Shown here in pieces: positions 7,520-21,648 of a stretch of 29,480 bases of DNA; positions within the stretch are counted from its first letter, which is position 1; each line of letters starts with the position of its first letter. Below the pieces are notes generated by a model. It was not told the origin of the DNA. It worked only from the letters and a program-made list of their open reading frames with translations, and did no database searches. The stretch comes from a virus (lineage: Duplodnaviria > Caudoviricetes). Location: positions 1 to 29,480 of IMG/VR virus record IMGVR_UViG_3300017778_007387, one strand, 5' to 3'. Made by a program: the position numbers and the translations under genes.

Positions 7520-9658
7520 ATGTCATTCTTACTAAAAGATACCTTCCACAACTCGTTGGTGGAGACGGTATATGAGGATATATTGGCTGGGAGATCTATC
7601 TATTATTATTTTATAGGTAGATTTTTAGCATGGGGTGATGAAACTACCCCCGATACGCCTCAATCCACAGATCAGTATGAGTATGATACTCGTAATAGTA
7701 TCTTAAGTGTAAAGAAAATACAACCCACCGATGTCTCCTTGGTGGTGCCCAGAAGAGATTGGGCAACTGGCACGGTGTATGATCGGTATGATGGCGAGTA
7801 TAATGTTAATTACACTTCTGATTCAGGCGCTACAAGTCCAAAGACAGCAAAATTTTATGTATTGACTACAGCATTTAATGTTTATAAATGCCTAGATAAT
7901 TTTAACGGGGCTGCCTCAACCTCACAACCTACAGGCACGAATTTTACACCGGATACTTATGCCGATGGTTATGTTTGGAAGTATCTTTATACCATACCAC
8001 TCTCCCTGAGAAATAGATTTTTAACTGCCGCTTTCATGCCAGTTCAAAAATCTATCCACAATCAATTTTATTCTGGCGGTGAGGTGGAGAGTGTTATAAT
8101 TGACAATGCAGGGTCGGGCTACCTGGGTAATGCTTACACCACTCTTACTGTTAATGGTAATTTTAGAAGCGGTACAGGTAATTCTATAGCTAATTTAAGA
8201 GCAGTTTTTAACGGTTCGGGCAGTTTTTTAGATGTAATAGTTGATGATGCAGGCGGCAATTATAGCAACGCAACTATTGTTATAAACGATACCCGGGGGC
8301 TGGGTGCAAGCTTCTTTAAGGGACTTAGTAATGTTTTTATATCTAACGTTGGTTCGGGTTATATAACTAATGCTATAGTTAATACGACTGCCACCATTGC
8401 AACAACCGGGTTATCCCAACCAACATCTAATGCTAATGTTACTTTAAACTTTAGTAATAGTTTTCTAACAGGGGTGGTAATTAATAATCGCGGTAGTGGG
8501 TATAATGCAGCTGCTATTGCCAACACAACTTTTTCTATCACCACCACCGGCAATACCCAACCAACTGTTAATGCTAAAGCTAATATCTTCTTTACCAGTA
8601 CAGCTATCCTTACTCCGGTAATTTTTAATAATCAAATTAATAAAATTTTAATAGAAGACCCGGGCTTAAATTATGGGGCAAATAATCAAACTACTATTTC
8701 CTTAATCGGTGATGGCACTGGTGCTGCATTAACACCGTTTGTAAATGCAGCTGGTCAGATAGAAGATATTATAGTAGAATCGAGAGGCAGTGGTTATACA
8801 TATCTAGATATTGCTTTTGTGGGTGATGGTACCTCTGCCAACGCTTATGCTGATCTATCTACAGGGGACCTAAGTACCCAGCAAAGTACTGTGGAACTGT
8901 CTGCAATTAATGGTGCTATCTATGCGCTAAGAATACATGGAGTAGGTGATCATTATTCAAATGCCAACATAACTATATCAGGTAATGGTACAGGGTTTGT
9001 GGGTAATGTTGTGGTAGACAATGCCAATAATACCATAGATTATATTTCAGTAACTAACCCAGGTTCTGGCTATTCTTATGCAAATGTTGTTATAACAGGA
9101 CCCAGTGGCAGCGGTAATGCCAATGTGACAGCTATTCTTTCTCCTGTAGGCGGGCATGGATTCAATCCTGTTAAAGAATTATACGCCGATGCTATTATGC
9201 TATATTCTACTATTAATGATGAGAAGAATCAAAATATCTCTATTGTTAATGATTACAGACAGTTTGGTATAATTAAAGATGTCAAACAATACGCTAATTC
9301 AAAAATATTCGCAAATGTGATAGGTAGTTCTTGTTTCCTTGTGACGGTAAACTCTGTAGGCTCTTTGGCACGTGATACCCTGTTACAACTAACTACAGAC
9401 ACCACGCGCGAATTTACCGTGGTAGAGACGGTAGCTGCTACTAATCAAATACTATTAAACAGTCTCAACGAATATGTATTTGCAGTAGGGGATGTATTAG
9501 ATGACCCTATCACATCTATAGACTATACTGTAAGCGCTATAAACAAATATCCAAGCATAAATAAATTTAGTGGTGATCTTCTTTACATTGATAACAGAAC
9601 ATCGATTAGCTACAGTGACGAACAGCTTGTAAAATTAAGAACAGTAATAAAATTATAA
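7520..9658 (+). CDS. gp8: Baseplate wedge subunit gp8, expanded with GSGY-type modules
   Basis: YYYFIGRFLAW, VVPRRDWATGTVYDRY, FYVLT..FNVYKCLDN, DGYVWKYLYTI, PVGGHGFNPVKEL, NDYRQFGIIKD and SGDLLYIDNR are gp8 signatures. Confidence 0.92.
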   Translation: MSFLLKDTFHNSLVETVYEDILAGRSIYYYFIGRFLAWGDETTPDTPQSTDQYEYDTRNSILSVKKIQPTDVSLVVPRRDWATGTVYDRYDGEYNVNYTSDSGATSPKTAKFYVLTTAFNVYKCLDNFNGAASTSQPTGTNFTPDTYADGYVWKYLYTIPLSLRNRFLTAAFMPVQKSIHNQFYSGGEVESVIIDNAGSGYLGNAYTTLTVNGNFRSGTGNSIANLRAVFNGSGSFLDVIVDDAGGNYSNATIVINDTRGLGASFFKGLSNVFISNVGSGYITNAIVNTTATIATTGLSQPTSNANVTLNFSNSFLTGVVINNRGSGYNAAAIANTTFSITTTGNTQPTVNAKANIFFTSTAILTPVIFNNQINKILIEDPGLNYGANNQTTISLIGDGTGAALTPFVNAAGQIEDIIVESRGSGYTYLDIAFVGDGTSANAYADLSTGDLSTQQSTVELSAINGAIYALRIHGVGDHYSNANITISGNGTGFVGNVVVDNANNTIDYISVTNPGSGYSYANVVITGPSGSGNANVTAILSPVGGHGFNPVKELYADAIMLYSTINDEKNQNISIVNDYRQFGIIKDVKQYANSKIFANVIGSSCFLVTVNSVGSLARDTLLQLTTDTTREFTVVETVAATNQILLNSLNEYVFAVGDVLDDPITSIDYTVSAINKYPSINKFSGDLLYIDNRTSISYSDEQLVKLRTVIKL

Positions 9659-9668
9659 CAGGTAAAAG

Positions 9669-16063
<6,395 letters not shown>

Positions 16064-16067
<4 letters not shown>

Positions 16068-16300
16068 AATTAAAAGTAAAAGGGTATCCGGAGTTGGTGA
16101 GAGATTCCCACAGCAAGGCTATTATTATGCAGGATTCCGATAGGTTTAAAGCATACCAGGTGGAGAAAAGCTTCAGGGAGAATATAGCTCATTCAAACTC
16201 CTCCACCCAGGAACAGATAAATAATATTAAAGAAGAGATGGGTGAGATAAAGGATTTACTTATTTCCTTATTTCACAAAATCGATCAAAAAAAGGTTTAA
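16064..16300 (+). CDS. Small conserved hypothetical protein (78 aa) with a coiled-coil C-terminus
   Basis: ATGA overlap with the stop of the 2132-aa gene gives MKLKVKGYPELVRDSHSKAII...QINNIKEEMGEIKDLLISL. ATG 16064 is preferred over GTG 16034. Confidence 0.75.
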
Positions 16301-16303
16301 GAA

Positions 16304-16519
16304 ATGGCTGCAACACTAACGCTTAGGGTACCAACGGGAGTTCCACTCACCAACGCCCAGGTGGATAATAACTTCTCCCAACTTAACGCTTTTGGTAATA
16401 CTATCAACGGTAATGTGGGGGTGCTTACTAATCTAACCACCTCTGCCAACGGTAATATTGTGGTGGCGATTAATGAAATAAACGCCGCCGTAACAGCAAT
16501 TGCAATTGCACTTGGATAA
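16304..16519 (+). CDS. Very short fibre/connector protein with a C-terminal AIAIALG tag
   Basis: LR..G.PLT..QVDNNFSQLN resembles phage fibre N-termini. LTTSANGNIVVAINEI is a fibre coiled-coil-type motif. The C-terminus is hydrophobic. Confidence 0.6.
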   Translation: MAATLTLRVPTGVPLTNAQVDNNFSQLNAFGNTINGNVGVLTNLTTSANGNIVVAINEINAAVTAIAIALG

Positions 16520-16530
16520 CAGGAAACAAA

Positions 16531-16863
16531 ATGGCAAACACATTCACCCGAAAACTATCTCGTAGCATAGGTACCACAGCCACACGCGTGGGGTCCTATA
16601 CGGTGGCAGCTTCCACCTCCACCACCGCCATTGGCCTATCGGTGGCCAATACCTCTACAGTAGCTATAAGTGCTAATGTATTTCACTCCGATGGTACCGA
16701 TAACACCTACATTGTATATAACGCCCCAATACCGGCAGGTGGTTCATTGGTGGCGGTGGGTGGCGATCAAAAGATCGTGCTGGTTACCGGGGATGGTATT
16801 TTTGTACAATCTACGGCGGCAAGTTCGGTAGATGCAATTCTGTCAATACTTGAAATTACTTAA
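16531..16863 (+). CDS. 110-aa beta-rich putative fibre adaptor protein
   Basis: SD AGGA. MANTFTRK...GLSVAN...IPAGGSL...KIVL..GD...VDAILSILEIT has the same pattern as ORF 20075..20443. Confidence 0.6.
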   Translation: MANTFTRKLSRSIGTTATRVGSYTVAASTSTTAIGLSVANTSTVAISANVFHSDGTDNTYIVYNAPIPAGGSLVAVGGDQKIVLVTGDGIFVQSTAASSVDAILSILEIT

Positions 16864-16877
16864 ACGGGGATAGAAAA

Positions 16878-18359
16878 ATGGCTTATCTTGGTCAACCGCC
16901 AGCCTTTGCGGCGTTAACTGCAGCTGATATTACTGACGGCATAATTACAGCGGCAAAGATTGCAAATGAGACGGGTACCGGTGAGGTAGTTTTTTCAAAT
17001 AGCCCTACTATAACTACGCCATTACTTGATAACATAAAATTAGGGTACACCACCACTGCCACAGCAGCTGGCACCACCACACTGACAGTATCTAGTACCC
17101 ATCAGCAGTTTTTTACCGGCTCTTCCACACAAACTATAGTCTTACCGGTGGTATCTACCCTGGTGACAGGTTTAGGTTATTTTATTCAGAATAATAGTTC
17201 TGGTATCTTAACTATACAATCGTCTGGGTTAAACACCATTACCACTATTGGTGCTGGTTTTGCGGCTTTATGTACCTGCATATCTACCAGCGGTACTTCT
17301 GCTGCATCTTGGGATACAGAGTTTACAGGATTTAGTACCCTTACAGGTACGGGTAATGTGGTATTATCAACAAACGCTGTCTTAACTACACCTGCACTTG
17401 GAACACCTTCTGCTATCATATTAACTAGTGGTACGGGGCTACCTTTAACTACAGGGGTAACAGGCACTCTCCCTGTAGCCAATGGCGGTACAGGTGTTAC
17501 TAGTAGCACAGGTACGGGTAATGTGGTATTATCAACAAACGCTGTCTTAACTACTCCCGCACTTGGAACACCATCAAGCGGCGTTGCAACTAATTTGACG
17601 GGCCTGCCTCTCACTACAGGGGTAACGGGAACGCTACCTGTTGCTAATGGTGGTACAGGTGTTACTAGTAGCACAGGCACAGGTAATGTGGTATTATCAA
17701 CAAACGCAGTCTTAACCACCCCTGCACTTGGAACACCTTCTGCTATCATATTAACTAGTGGTACGGGGCTACCTTTAACTACAGGGGTAACGGGAACGCT
17801 ACCAGCAGCTAATGGCGGCACCGGAGTAGCAAATAACGCTGCTATGACCGTAACAGGTGCTGGTAATTTTGCCTACACGCGAACGCTCACAGCCGCAACC
17901 AATGTCACGTTTCCCACTACAGGGACTCTAGCAACATTAGCTGGTTCTGAGACACTATCCAATAAGACCTTAACAGCACCCGCACTAGGTACACCTTCCA
18001 GCGGCACATTATCTTCTTGTACGGTTGATGGTACAAACAAGGTGGGCTACCAAAATATTCCGCTATCGGGTATCAAGACAGCTAGCTACACCCTTGTTGC
18101 TGGGGATGTAGGTAAGTTTGTAGAGTTAGGTACGTCAGGTACAATTGTTGTCCCGGCATCTGTATTTGCGACAGGTGATGTAATCAGTATCTTCAACAAT
18201 ACAGCAGGGACTATCTCCTGCACTTGCTCTGCTGTTACGACAGTTTATAAGGGTGGCACGAATGCAGATATTAGCACCTTTAGCATTACTACAAGGGGGG
18301 TGGCTACCATACTTTTTATCACTGCTACAGTTGCTGTGATCACGGGTAACTTAGCATGA
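16878..18359 (+). CDS. Tail fibre-like protein with 55-aa repeats and two small beta-sandwich-like modules
   Basis: Thr/Gly-rich, with GTLPVANGGTG and ETLSNKTLTAP fibre motifs. Starts MAYLGQPP. ATGA-coupled to the next gene. Confidence 0.75.
   Translation: MAYLGQPPAFAALTAADITDGIITAAKIANETGTGEVVFSNSPTITTPLLDNIKLGYTTTATAAGTTTLTVSSTHQQFFTGSSTQTIVLPVVSTLVTGLGYFIQNNSSGILTIQSSGLNTITTIGAGFAALCTCISTSGTSAASWDTEFTGFSTLTGTGNVVLSTNAVLTTPALGTPSAIILTSGTGLPLTTGVTGTLPVANGGTGVTSSTGTGNVVLSTNAVLTTPALGTPSSGVATNLTGLPLTTGVTGTLPVANGGTGVTSSTGTGNVVLSTNAVLTTPALGTPSAIILTSGTGLPLTTGVTGTLPAANGGTGVANNAAMTVTGAGNFAYTRTLTAATNVTFPTTGTLATLAGSETLSNKTLTAPALGTPSSGTLSSCTVDGTNKVGYQNIPLSGIKTASYTLVAGDVGKFVELGTSGTIVVPASVFATGDVISIFNNTAGTISCTCSAVTTVYKGGTNADISTFSITTRGVATILFITATVAVITGNLA
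17343..17828 (+). repeat. 165-bp (55-aa) tandem repeat, ~3 copies
   Basis: TGTGNVVLSTNAVLTTPALGTPS units start at 17343, 17508 and 17673. Confidence 0.9.
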
Positions 18360-19474
18360 GCGGGATCATGCATAGTTTGTGGGGTGGTAGTTTTGCATCT
18401 GGACCATTTTTGTACGCCTGGGGTAATGTCGGCAATGGCGCGCTGGGTAATAATTTAGCTGTGGGAAATAAATCCAGCCCTACCCAGATTGGTGCTTTAA
18501 CTGCTTGGTCACAGGTTGCTGCTGGTAATCAAGGCTCCGGGGCCATTAAAACCGATGGTACAATGTGGTTGTGGGGGGGTAATGATACTGGGCAGCTGGG
18601 TGATGATACTAATGTGGTTAAATCCAGTCCTGTCCAGATCGGTGCTTTAACCACCTGGTCAAAGATTGATCGCGGTCAAACTACGGCTATTGCCCTTAAA
18701 ACTGATGGCACAATGTGGACTTGGGGTAGGAATAATAACTTTGGTCAGCTTGGTGATAATACAGTAATAAATAGGTCCAGCCCCGTGCAGGTAGGTACAT
18801 TAACCACCTGGACGTTGATTGCTGCTGGTCAATACTTTAAAGTAGCTATTAAAACCGATGGTACGATGTGGTCATGGGGTACTAATGTTGATGGTCAACT
18901 AGGTGGTAATACAGTAATAAATAGATCCAGTCCGGTCCAGATTGGTGCCTTGACTACCTGGTCTAAAATTGATGTTGGTGCTAAACACTGTTTAGCCATT
19001 AAAACCGATGGTACATTGTGGACCTGGGGCAATAATCAATTAGGTCAGCTGGGCAATAATACAGATGGAACTATTACTAATAGATCCAGTCCTGTCCAGA
19101 TCGGTGCATTAACTACCTGGTCAAAGATTTCCGGTGGTCGAGTATTCTCTTTGGCTATTAAAACCGATGGTACGTTGTGGGCCTGGGGTAGTAACGCGGC
19201 ATGTGGTGAGCTGGGTGATAGTACAGCATATGATAAATCCAGCCCTATACAGATTGGCGCTTTAACTACTTGGTCTCAGATTGCTACTGGTTTTAGTGGT
19301 GACCACTCCTTAGCCCTTAAAACCGATGGTACAATGTGGTCTTGGGGTAAAAATGTTGATGGTCAACTAGGTGGTAATAATGTTATCTATTTATCAAGTC
19401 CGGCACTAGTCGGTACTTTAACCTCCTGGACTCAGATTGCTGCCGGCACTGCTCATTCCTTAGCTATAGGCTAG
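18356..19474 (+). CDS. RCC1/BLIP-II-like 7-repeat beta-propeller protein, putative receptor-binding head
   Basis: Seven ~50-aa repeats of WxWGxNxxGQLGxxxxxxxSSPVQIGxLTTWSxIxxGxxHxxAIKTDG after a short N-terminal peptide, MSGIMHSLWGG. Confidence 0.9.
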   Translation: MSGIMHSLWGGSFASGPFLYAWGNVGNGALGNNLAVGNKSSPTQIGALTAWSQVAAGNQGSGAIKTDGTMWLWGGNDTGQLGDDTNVVKSSPVQIGALTTWSKIDRGQTTAIALKTDGTMWTWGRNNNFGQLGDNTVINRSSPVQVGTLTTWTLIAAGQYFKVAIKTDGTMWSWGTNVDGQLGGNTVINRSSPVQIGALTTWSKIDVGAKHCLAIKTDGTLWTWGNNQLGQLGNNTDGTITNRSSPVQIGALTTWSKISGGRVFSLAIKTDGTLWAWGSNAACGELGDSTAYDKSSPIQIGALTTWSQIATGFSGDHSLALKTDGTMWSWGKNVDGQLGGNNVIYLSSPALVGTLTSWTQIAAGTAHSLAIG

Positions 19475-19563
19475 TATATTTACATGATTTTACTACCAAC
19501 AACTAAATGTGTATATTTACCCAGTGTTCAATTTGGTTTATAAAACATGCTCTCCGATTTACG

Positions 19564-19571
19564 TATAAATA
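19564..19571 (+). promoter_or_regulatory. T4-type late promoter TATAAATA upstream of ORF 19599
   Basis: Exact TATAAATA in the intergenic region, 27 nt before the ATG. SD AGGA at 19589-19592. Confidence 0.8.
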
Positions 19572-19598
19572 TTACATAGAATTTAAATAGGAATAAAA

Positions 19599-20039
19599 AT
19601 GGCGTATATCGGACAAGCCCCATCCGTATCTGTAGCTAATAGCCAGATTTCTGGCAATATTATTAGCTCGCAGATCACCTCGGTGGCTAACACCCAGATC
19701 ACCGGTAATATTATTAGTTCACAGATTACCTCGGTGGCCAATAGCCAGATCACCGGTAATATTATTAGCTCGCAGATTACATCGGTGGCTAACACCCAGA
19801 TCACCGGTAATATTATTAGTTCACAGATTACATCGGTGGCCAATAGTCAGATCACCGGTAACATCATGATAACGCAAATACAGCCCGCAGGCGCTACAGC
19901 CGGGGTATATGGTAGCACATCGGTTATACCTGTCATAACAGTGGATTATGCCGGTCGTCTTTCTTTTGTAGCCAACGCCACCCCCACCTTTGCAACGACT
20001 GGAAAAGCCATTGCAATGGCCATGGTCTTTGGCGGATAA
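19599..20039 (+). CDS. Short fibre protein with 17-aa repeats and a C-terminal GKAIAMAMVFGG tag
   Basis: Starts MAYIGQAP, then five SVANxQITGNIISSQIT units and the fibre motif AGVYGS...IPVITVDYAGRL. Confidence 0.7.
   Translation: MAYIGQAPSVSVANSQISGNIISSQITSVANTQITGNIISSQITSVANSQITGNIISSQITSVANTQITGNIISSQITSVANSQITGNIMITQIQPAGATAGVYGSTSVIPVITVDYAGRLSFVANATPTFATTGKAIAMAMVFGG
19629..19883 (+). repeat. 51-bp (17-aa) tandem repeat, 5 copies
   Basis: tcggtggc(t/c)aa...cagatcaccggtaatattattag recurs every 51 bp, with units alternating ANSQ and ANTQ. Confidence 0.92.
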
Positions 20040-20074
20040 ATAAAAAAACAATTGTATTTCTAAGGAAGAATTAA

Positions 20075-20443
20075 ATGGCCGCACCCAATATTGTAAACGT
20101 TGCTACTATAACAGCTAAATCAGCTGCCGCATTATTAACCGCATCTTTGGCATCCCAGGTATCCAACGCCGCATCAAGCGGCAAGGTGCTGAAGATTAAT
20201 AATATAGTTATATCTAATATTACAGCTTCTGCAGCCACCGTAAGGTTGGCTTATAATACAGCGGCTGCAGGTGCTGGGTCCTCATTTTATCTGGCATATG
20301 ATATTTCAGTGCCAGCGGCAGCTTCTTTAATTATCACCGATAAAACCACATCATTTTATTTAGAAGAAAATTCATCTATTGTTGCCCTGGCTGGTACTAC
20401 ATCAGCCCTACATTGTGTGGTATCTTTCGAAGAACTTTCCTAA
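20075..20443 (+). CDS. 122-aa beta-rich putative fibre adaptor protein
   Basis: SD AAGGA. MAAPNIVNV...IVISN...ISVPAAASL...FYLEEN...LHCVVSFEELS parallels ORF 16531..16863. Confidence 0.6.
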   Translation: MAAPNIVNVATITAKSAAALLTASLASQVSNAASSGKVLKINNIVISNITASAATVRLAYNTAAAGAGSSFYLAYDISVPAAASLIITDKTTSFYLEENSSIVALAGTTSALHCVVSFEELS

Positions 20444-20478
20444 GTTTTGAGAATAGATTCTTTTAAGAGGCAATATTA

Positions 20479-21609
20479 ATGTCTAAGCGTTATAACGGAG
20501 GATTTTTATCGGCTGTTTGGACTCCACTTGCTGAACACGGTGATAATAATTTTTTGTATCTTTGGGGTGGGAATGGTAATTATGGTAGAGTGGGTGATAA
20601 TACAACGATAAGTAGATCCAGTCCCGTTCAGGTTAGTACAGTTACCTGGTCAAAAATTACTGGTGGTAAAAATCATTCCTTAGCCATTAAAACCGATGGT
20701 ACGATGTGGGCTTGGGGAGATAACTCTGCTGGTGCTGTAGGTGATAATTCAGTAGTAAATAGATCAAGCCCTGTACAAATTGGCACTCTAGTCACTTGGT
20801 CCCAGATTGCTGCCGGGACACATAGTATGGCCCTTAAAACTGATGGTACATTGTGGGCTTGGGGAGAAAATGCCAATTATGGTGCTGTAGGTGATAATAC
20901 AGCTATAGCTAGATCCAGCCCCGTCCAGGTAGGTGCATTAACTACTTGGTCCAAAGTTGCTGCAGGTCGATTTCACTCCTTAGCCATTAAAACCGATGGT
21001 ACCCTGTGGGCCTGGGGAAACAATCTTTCTGGCCAACTGGGTAATCAGGGATTAGGATCAGCGTATAAATCCAGTCCTGTCCAGATCGGCGCTTTAACCA
21101 CCTGGTCAAAGATTGCTGGTGGTCAAGATCACACCATGGCAATTAAAACTGACGGTACCCTATGGACCTGGGGAAAAAATAACCAAGCTGCTCTGGGTGA
21201 TAATACAATAATACATAGATCAAGCCCGATACAAGTTGGTGCTTTAACTACCTGGTCCCAGATTGCTGGTGGGCAGAGTCAAACCTTAGCTGTTAAAACT
21301 GATGGTACAATGTGGTCCTGGGGAGATAATGGTTCAGGTCAGGTGGGTGATAATACAACGATAAGTAGATCCAGTCCCGTTCAGGTTGGTGCTTTAACCA
21401 CTTGGTCTATTATTTCTCGTGGTAGTAATACCGCTATGGCTATTAAAACTGATGGTACATTGTGGGTGTGGGGGAATGGTAGTCAAGGTCAACTAGGTGA
21501 TAATACAGGTGTAGGTAAAAGCAGTCCCATACAGGTGGGTGCATTAACATGGTCCTTAACAGCTCAAGGGGATAATCACTCTATTGGCCTTGTAGCTATT
21601 CCCTTCTAA
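20479..21609 (+). CDS. RCC1/BLIP-II-like 7-repeat beta-propeller protein
   Basis: Seven RCC1-type repeats after the N-terminal peptide MSKRYNGGFLSA. SD GAGG. Confidence 0.9.
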   Translation: MSKRYNGGFLSAVWTPLAEHGDNNFLYLWGGNGNYGRVGDNTTISRSSPVQVSTVTWSKITGGKNHSLAIKTDGTMWAWGDNSAGAVGDNSVVNRSSPVQIGTLVTWSQIAAGTHSMALKTDGTLWAWGENANYGAVGDNTAIARSSPVQVGALTTWSKVAAGRFHSLAIKTDGTLWAWGNNLSGQLGNQGLGSAYKSSPVQIGALTTWSKIAGGQDHTMAIKTDGTLWTWGKNNQAALGDNTIIHRSSPIQVGALTTWSQIAGGQSQTLAVKTDGTMWSWGDNGSGQVGDNTTISRSSPVQVGALTTWSIISRGSNTAMAIKTDGTLWVWGNGSQGQLGDNTGVGKSSPIQVGALTWSLTAQGDNHSIGLVAIPF

Positions 21610-21648
21610 TCCTATGCATAATAATTTACAAAGACTCGGAGTTTTTTC

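Noticed and set aside
18573-18579. G7 tracts (also 29100-29106) as phase-variation switches
   Set aside because: They are short, arise naturally from Trp-Gly-Gly codons, and the frames are intact.
19629-19883. CRISPR-like array (also considered for the ~150-bp RCC1 periodicity)
   Set aside because: The repeats are in-frame coding units with synonymous variation and no unique spacers, and there are no cas genes.
21595-21609. Shared C-terminal AIPF in gp7 and the 376-aa propeller
   Set aside because: Only four residues with different codons, most likely chance.
21630-21646. Hairpin AAAGACT-CGG-AGTTTTT covering the SD of ORF 21649
   Set aside because: The stem is weak and AU-rich with a 3-nt loop, too unstable to call a terminator or translational switch.
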